NCBI RefSeq assembly: GCF_963921235.1
Contig: NC_086097.1
Span: forward strand, 238,702,001 to 238,766,000
Length of the DNA stretch: 64,000 bases
From: Mobula hypostoma
Lineage: Eukaryota
Reading direction: 5' to 3'
How positions within the stretch are numbered: position 1 is the first letter of the stretch; every line of letters begins with the position of its first letter. Below, one piece after another: positions 60,880 to 64,000 of the stretch. Below the pieces are notes generated by a model. It searched no databases and was not told where the DNA came from. It worked only from the letters and a program-made list of their open reading frames with translations. The translations under genes and the position numbers were made by a program.

Positions 60880-61300
60880 TTTCTAATGCTGGCAGGAGCA
60901 ATGGGTGATAGGAATGGCCAGGTTGGAGAGCAATGGGAGGGGTGTGCGACACATGGCAGAGAAGGAGTGCCAGGGTGGGGGATGGCACGTGTGCAGACAC
61001 ACCCAGCCCTGAGACACCAGGCAAAGGTCATTTGATCATTACAGAATGTCTCTCCGGTGCTTCCGGCTCCTGCCCCTCTGCCTTCCCCTTTTCCCAACCA
61101 TGATTCCCTTCTCCTTGCCCCCTTCTCACTCTCCATCCACAACAGAGACTCGTATCAGAATCAGGTTTATTATCACTCACAGATGTCATGAAATTTGCTT
61201 TTTTTTTGAAGCCGTACAGTTACATAAAATTACTACAGAACTATGCCAAAGTCTTCAGCACCCTAGCTGTACATGTGCCTAAGACTTTTGCACAGTACAG
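60880..61300 (+). mobile_element. Composite Tc1-like element copy (cargo plus right mini-MITE 61236-61300)
   Basis: ta|cagaactatgccaaagtctt...tgcctaagacttttgcacagtacag|ta. Confidence 0.72.
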
Positions 61301-61329
61301 TATCTTGGAAGTGACCTCTCAGCAAAGGC

Positions 61330-61870
61330 AAAAATTGACAAAGAAATTCACTGCCACCTTCAATCTGCCACCACAGCCTTTGACCAAACAAGTAGTTGGT
61401 CTGTGAAGATCAAGACCTCATGTGACCTCTGATCTCCTGTCTGTTTCTGAGACCTGGATTATATACAGCAAGCACTTCAAGGCACTGGAAAGACTCCATC
61501 AATGCTGTACCTGCAAAATCCAAATTCACATGAAGGTTGAGTGGACTCCTGTAAATGTGCTCTTCTGGAGCAATATTTCTCACACAGAGGTCGCGGTTAT
61601 CTTCAATCTAACAAGTCATGTTGTTTCTATCCCCAGGACCAAAGTCTTGAAACTGATACTCTGTTCAAAGCTCTGTCATGTCTGAGATTTCAAAACAGCC
61701 AGAAAAAAAGAATCAAAGATACACTCAAATTCTCCTTGGAAACAGACACCAACCCAACTGACTTCTGGAAATTCCTGGCCTGTGACCACTCACTGTGGGG
61801 ATGGAACATGTGGAATGATGTTGCAGACATGTATCAGCAGCACATGGAGATCTGCAAATAGTTGAAGGCA
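61330..61870 (+). mobile_element. Degraded RTE-clade LINE C-terminal fragment
   Basis: LLSVSETWIIYSKHFKALERLHQCCTCKI matches LLYxSETW..LERFHQRCLRKI; KKRIKDTLK..W..LACDHSLW follows. Confidence 0.75.
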
Positions 61871-62023
61871 CACACCACTTCACAAACACCCCCATTAGCC
61901 ATATACACACTTTAATAATAATAAATTTAGTTTGAGCTTTGAACCTACCCTTTCAGGTTTCCCCTGGTACATCTGCAGATGAGTCCACAAGTCCATAATG
62001 GCCTCACTAAGAACTCACAAAAT

Positions 62024-62305
62024 GGCGGCATGGTAACATAGTGGTTAGCACAATGCTTTGCATTACCAGAGACCTGGGTTCAATTCCCATCGCTGCCTAT
62101 AGGGAGTCTGTACGTTCCCTCCATGACCGTCTGGGTTTCATCCAGGTGCTCCGATTGCCTCCCGTGGTCAGAAGATAGGTTAATTGGTAGGTTAATTGGT
62201 CATTGTAAATTGTTCTGTGATTAGGCGAGGATTAAATCTGGGGATTGCTGGGTGGTGAGGCTCGAAGTGCTGGAAGAGCTTACTCTGTATTGTGTTTCAA
62301 TAATA
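62024..62305 (+). mobile_element. V-domain SINE
   Basis: ggcggcatggtaacatagtggttagc head, ggttcaattcc B box, V-domain, CR1-like tail. Confidence 0.85.
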
Positions 62306-62740
62306 TTAACCAAACCACTTGAAATACATGCTCAATCCCAATGGATGAGGAGTGAGATGTCCTGCAATTCTATACCTATTTAGTTTAAGGCAGGCTAATG
62401 TGCTGCCTCTGAGGAAAGGAATTGGAACAGGCATGGTCAATTTAACGCAGTATTTTTGCACAGTATTTGTGACAATTAACGGTTAAGTGCTTTCAAAGGA
62501 GTTAGGAAGATGGTCAGAAATATAATTGAGGCCAGCCTTTATTGTTACCAATGTGACGGCTGTTCTGTGACCACATGCACAATCCTGACCTCCTTATTAC
62601 CAAGAGCATTGGTTAGAAATGCTGTCAGTTTAATCGTAAAGTTCTTCAGGCAGTCAAAACCTTTATTCTGGAAAGTCAATGTACATTCTTTTGTAAAATT
62701 CAAGTGGTTACACATTTCCCACAATAATGAAAGAAAAATA

Positions 62741-63293
62741 CGCTCAGTGGCAATTTGTTAAGTACCTCTTGTGCCTAAATAAAATGATCATTGAGTGTAT
62801 GTTCATGGTCTTTGACCACTGTGGCCTATCCATTTCAAAGTTCGACATGCTGTGCATTGAGCGATGACCTTCTGCACACCACTGTTGTAATGCGTGGTTA
62901 TTTGGGTTCCTGTCACCTTCCTGCCAGTCTAAGCCAGTCTGGCCACCCTTCTCTGACCTCTCTCATTAACAATGTGTTTTCTCCCACAGAACTGCCACTC
63001 ACTGAATGTTTTTGTTTCTCGCACCATTCTCTGTAAATTCTAGAGACTGTTGTGCATGAAAATCCCAAGAGATCGGCAGCTTCTGAGATACTCAAACCAC
63101 CCTGTCTGGCACCAACGGTCACTCCACAGTCAAAGTCACTTAGATCACATTTCTTCCCCAGTCTGTCGTTGGGTTGAACCTCTTGACCATGTCTGCATGC
63201 TTTTATGCATTGAGTTACTGTCTCATGATTGGCTTAGACAGTTCTATTACTGAGCAGGTGTACAGGTGTACCTAATAAAGTGGCTACTCAGTG
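62741..63293 (-). mobile_element. Internally deleted Tc1-like DNA transposon
   Basis: ORF 62913-63122 VGARQGGLSISEAADLLGFSCTTVSRIYREWCEK is a Tc1 N-terminal HTH; imperfect TIRs cgctcagtggcaatttgttaagtac / gtacctaataaagtggctactcagtg; TA at the left end. Confidence 0.88.
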
Positions 63294-63699
63294 CGTATAA
63301 ACCAAGTGAAGTGCAATTGGAAGTTAATGTTTGAACAGAATTGAATAAATTGATAAAGATTAAATTTATTAAATTAATATTAAAGGTTAAAGATTAATTT
63401 CATTTGTCAAATGTACATGAAACATATACTGAAATGCATCACTTGCATCAAATCAAGGAGCAAGGAATATGCTAAGCAGCCTGCACGTGTCGCCACACTT
63501 CCAGCACCAACATAATATGCCCGGAATTCACTAATCCTAACCATACATCTTTTGAATGTGGAGGGAAACTAGAGCATCCAGAGGAAACCCACACTGTCAC
63601 AGGGAGAATGTACAAACTCCTTACAGACATCATCTGGCATCGACCCCCGATCTTATAGACGGTGCTGTAAAGTGTTGAGCTAACTGTAACAGAGGAGTT

Positions 63700-63992
63700 T
63701 TTTTTTTGTACAAGAAGGTTGGGTGGGACTACAACCAGAGGTCATGGATTAAAGGAGAAAGGCGAAAAGTATAAAGGGAACATGAGGGGCTGTGAGAGTG
63801 TGGAATGAGCTGCCAGTGCACGTGGTGATGCGAGCTCGATTTCAACGTTTAAGCAAAGTTTGGATCGGTACACGGATGGTGTGAAGAGTTGTGTCCCAGT
63901 GCAGTTCAATGCAAGTAGGCCATTTAAATTATTCATCACAGACTGGATAGGCCAAAGGGCCTTTTTGTGTTCTGGAATTTTCTATGACTTTA
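63700..63992 (+). mobile_element. Degraded CR1 3' end
   Basis: accagaggtcatggattaaagg..gtgtggaatgagctgcc..gccaaagggcct..ttctatgact. Confidence 0.78.
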
Positions 63993-64000
63993 AGATCTGA

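Overview
Eukaryotic, repeat-dominated, apparently non-coding DNA (large intron or intergenic region). The repeat types (several CR1 subfamilies with esterase ORF1, V-domain SINEs with CR1-like tails, Neptune-type Penelope-like elements) suggest a cartilaginous fish, possibly a ray; this is inference. I found no host protein-coding exon, rRNA, true tRNA or CRISPR array, and every recognisable ORF is a decayed transposon fragment. Contents: many CR1 LINEs (two with ORF1), Rex1/Babar, L2, RTE and I/Nimb LINE fragments, three Penelope-like elements (PLEs), two solo LTRs, a Buster/Charlie-type hAT transposase fossil, a deleted Tc1 element, Tc1- and hAT-type MITEs, V-SINEs and a CORE-SINE. The most interesting signal is a family of about 16 short inserts derived from the PLE terminus, which carries a minimal type I hammerhead ribozyme motif (agtc-CTGACGA-stem II-GAAAC-GTC-gact). 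Several are near-perfect palindromes with their own 13-14 bp target-site duplications (TSDs), and their inversion or truncation points cluster at the ribozyme. One copy (28514-28721) keeps a complete catalytic core on both strands. A second unusual family is a composite element with two tiny Tc1-type MITEs flanking a shared cargo. Boundaries of degraded repeats were read by eye and are approximate.
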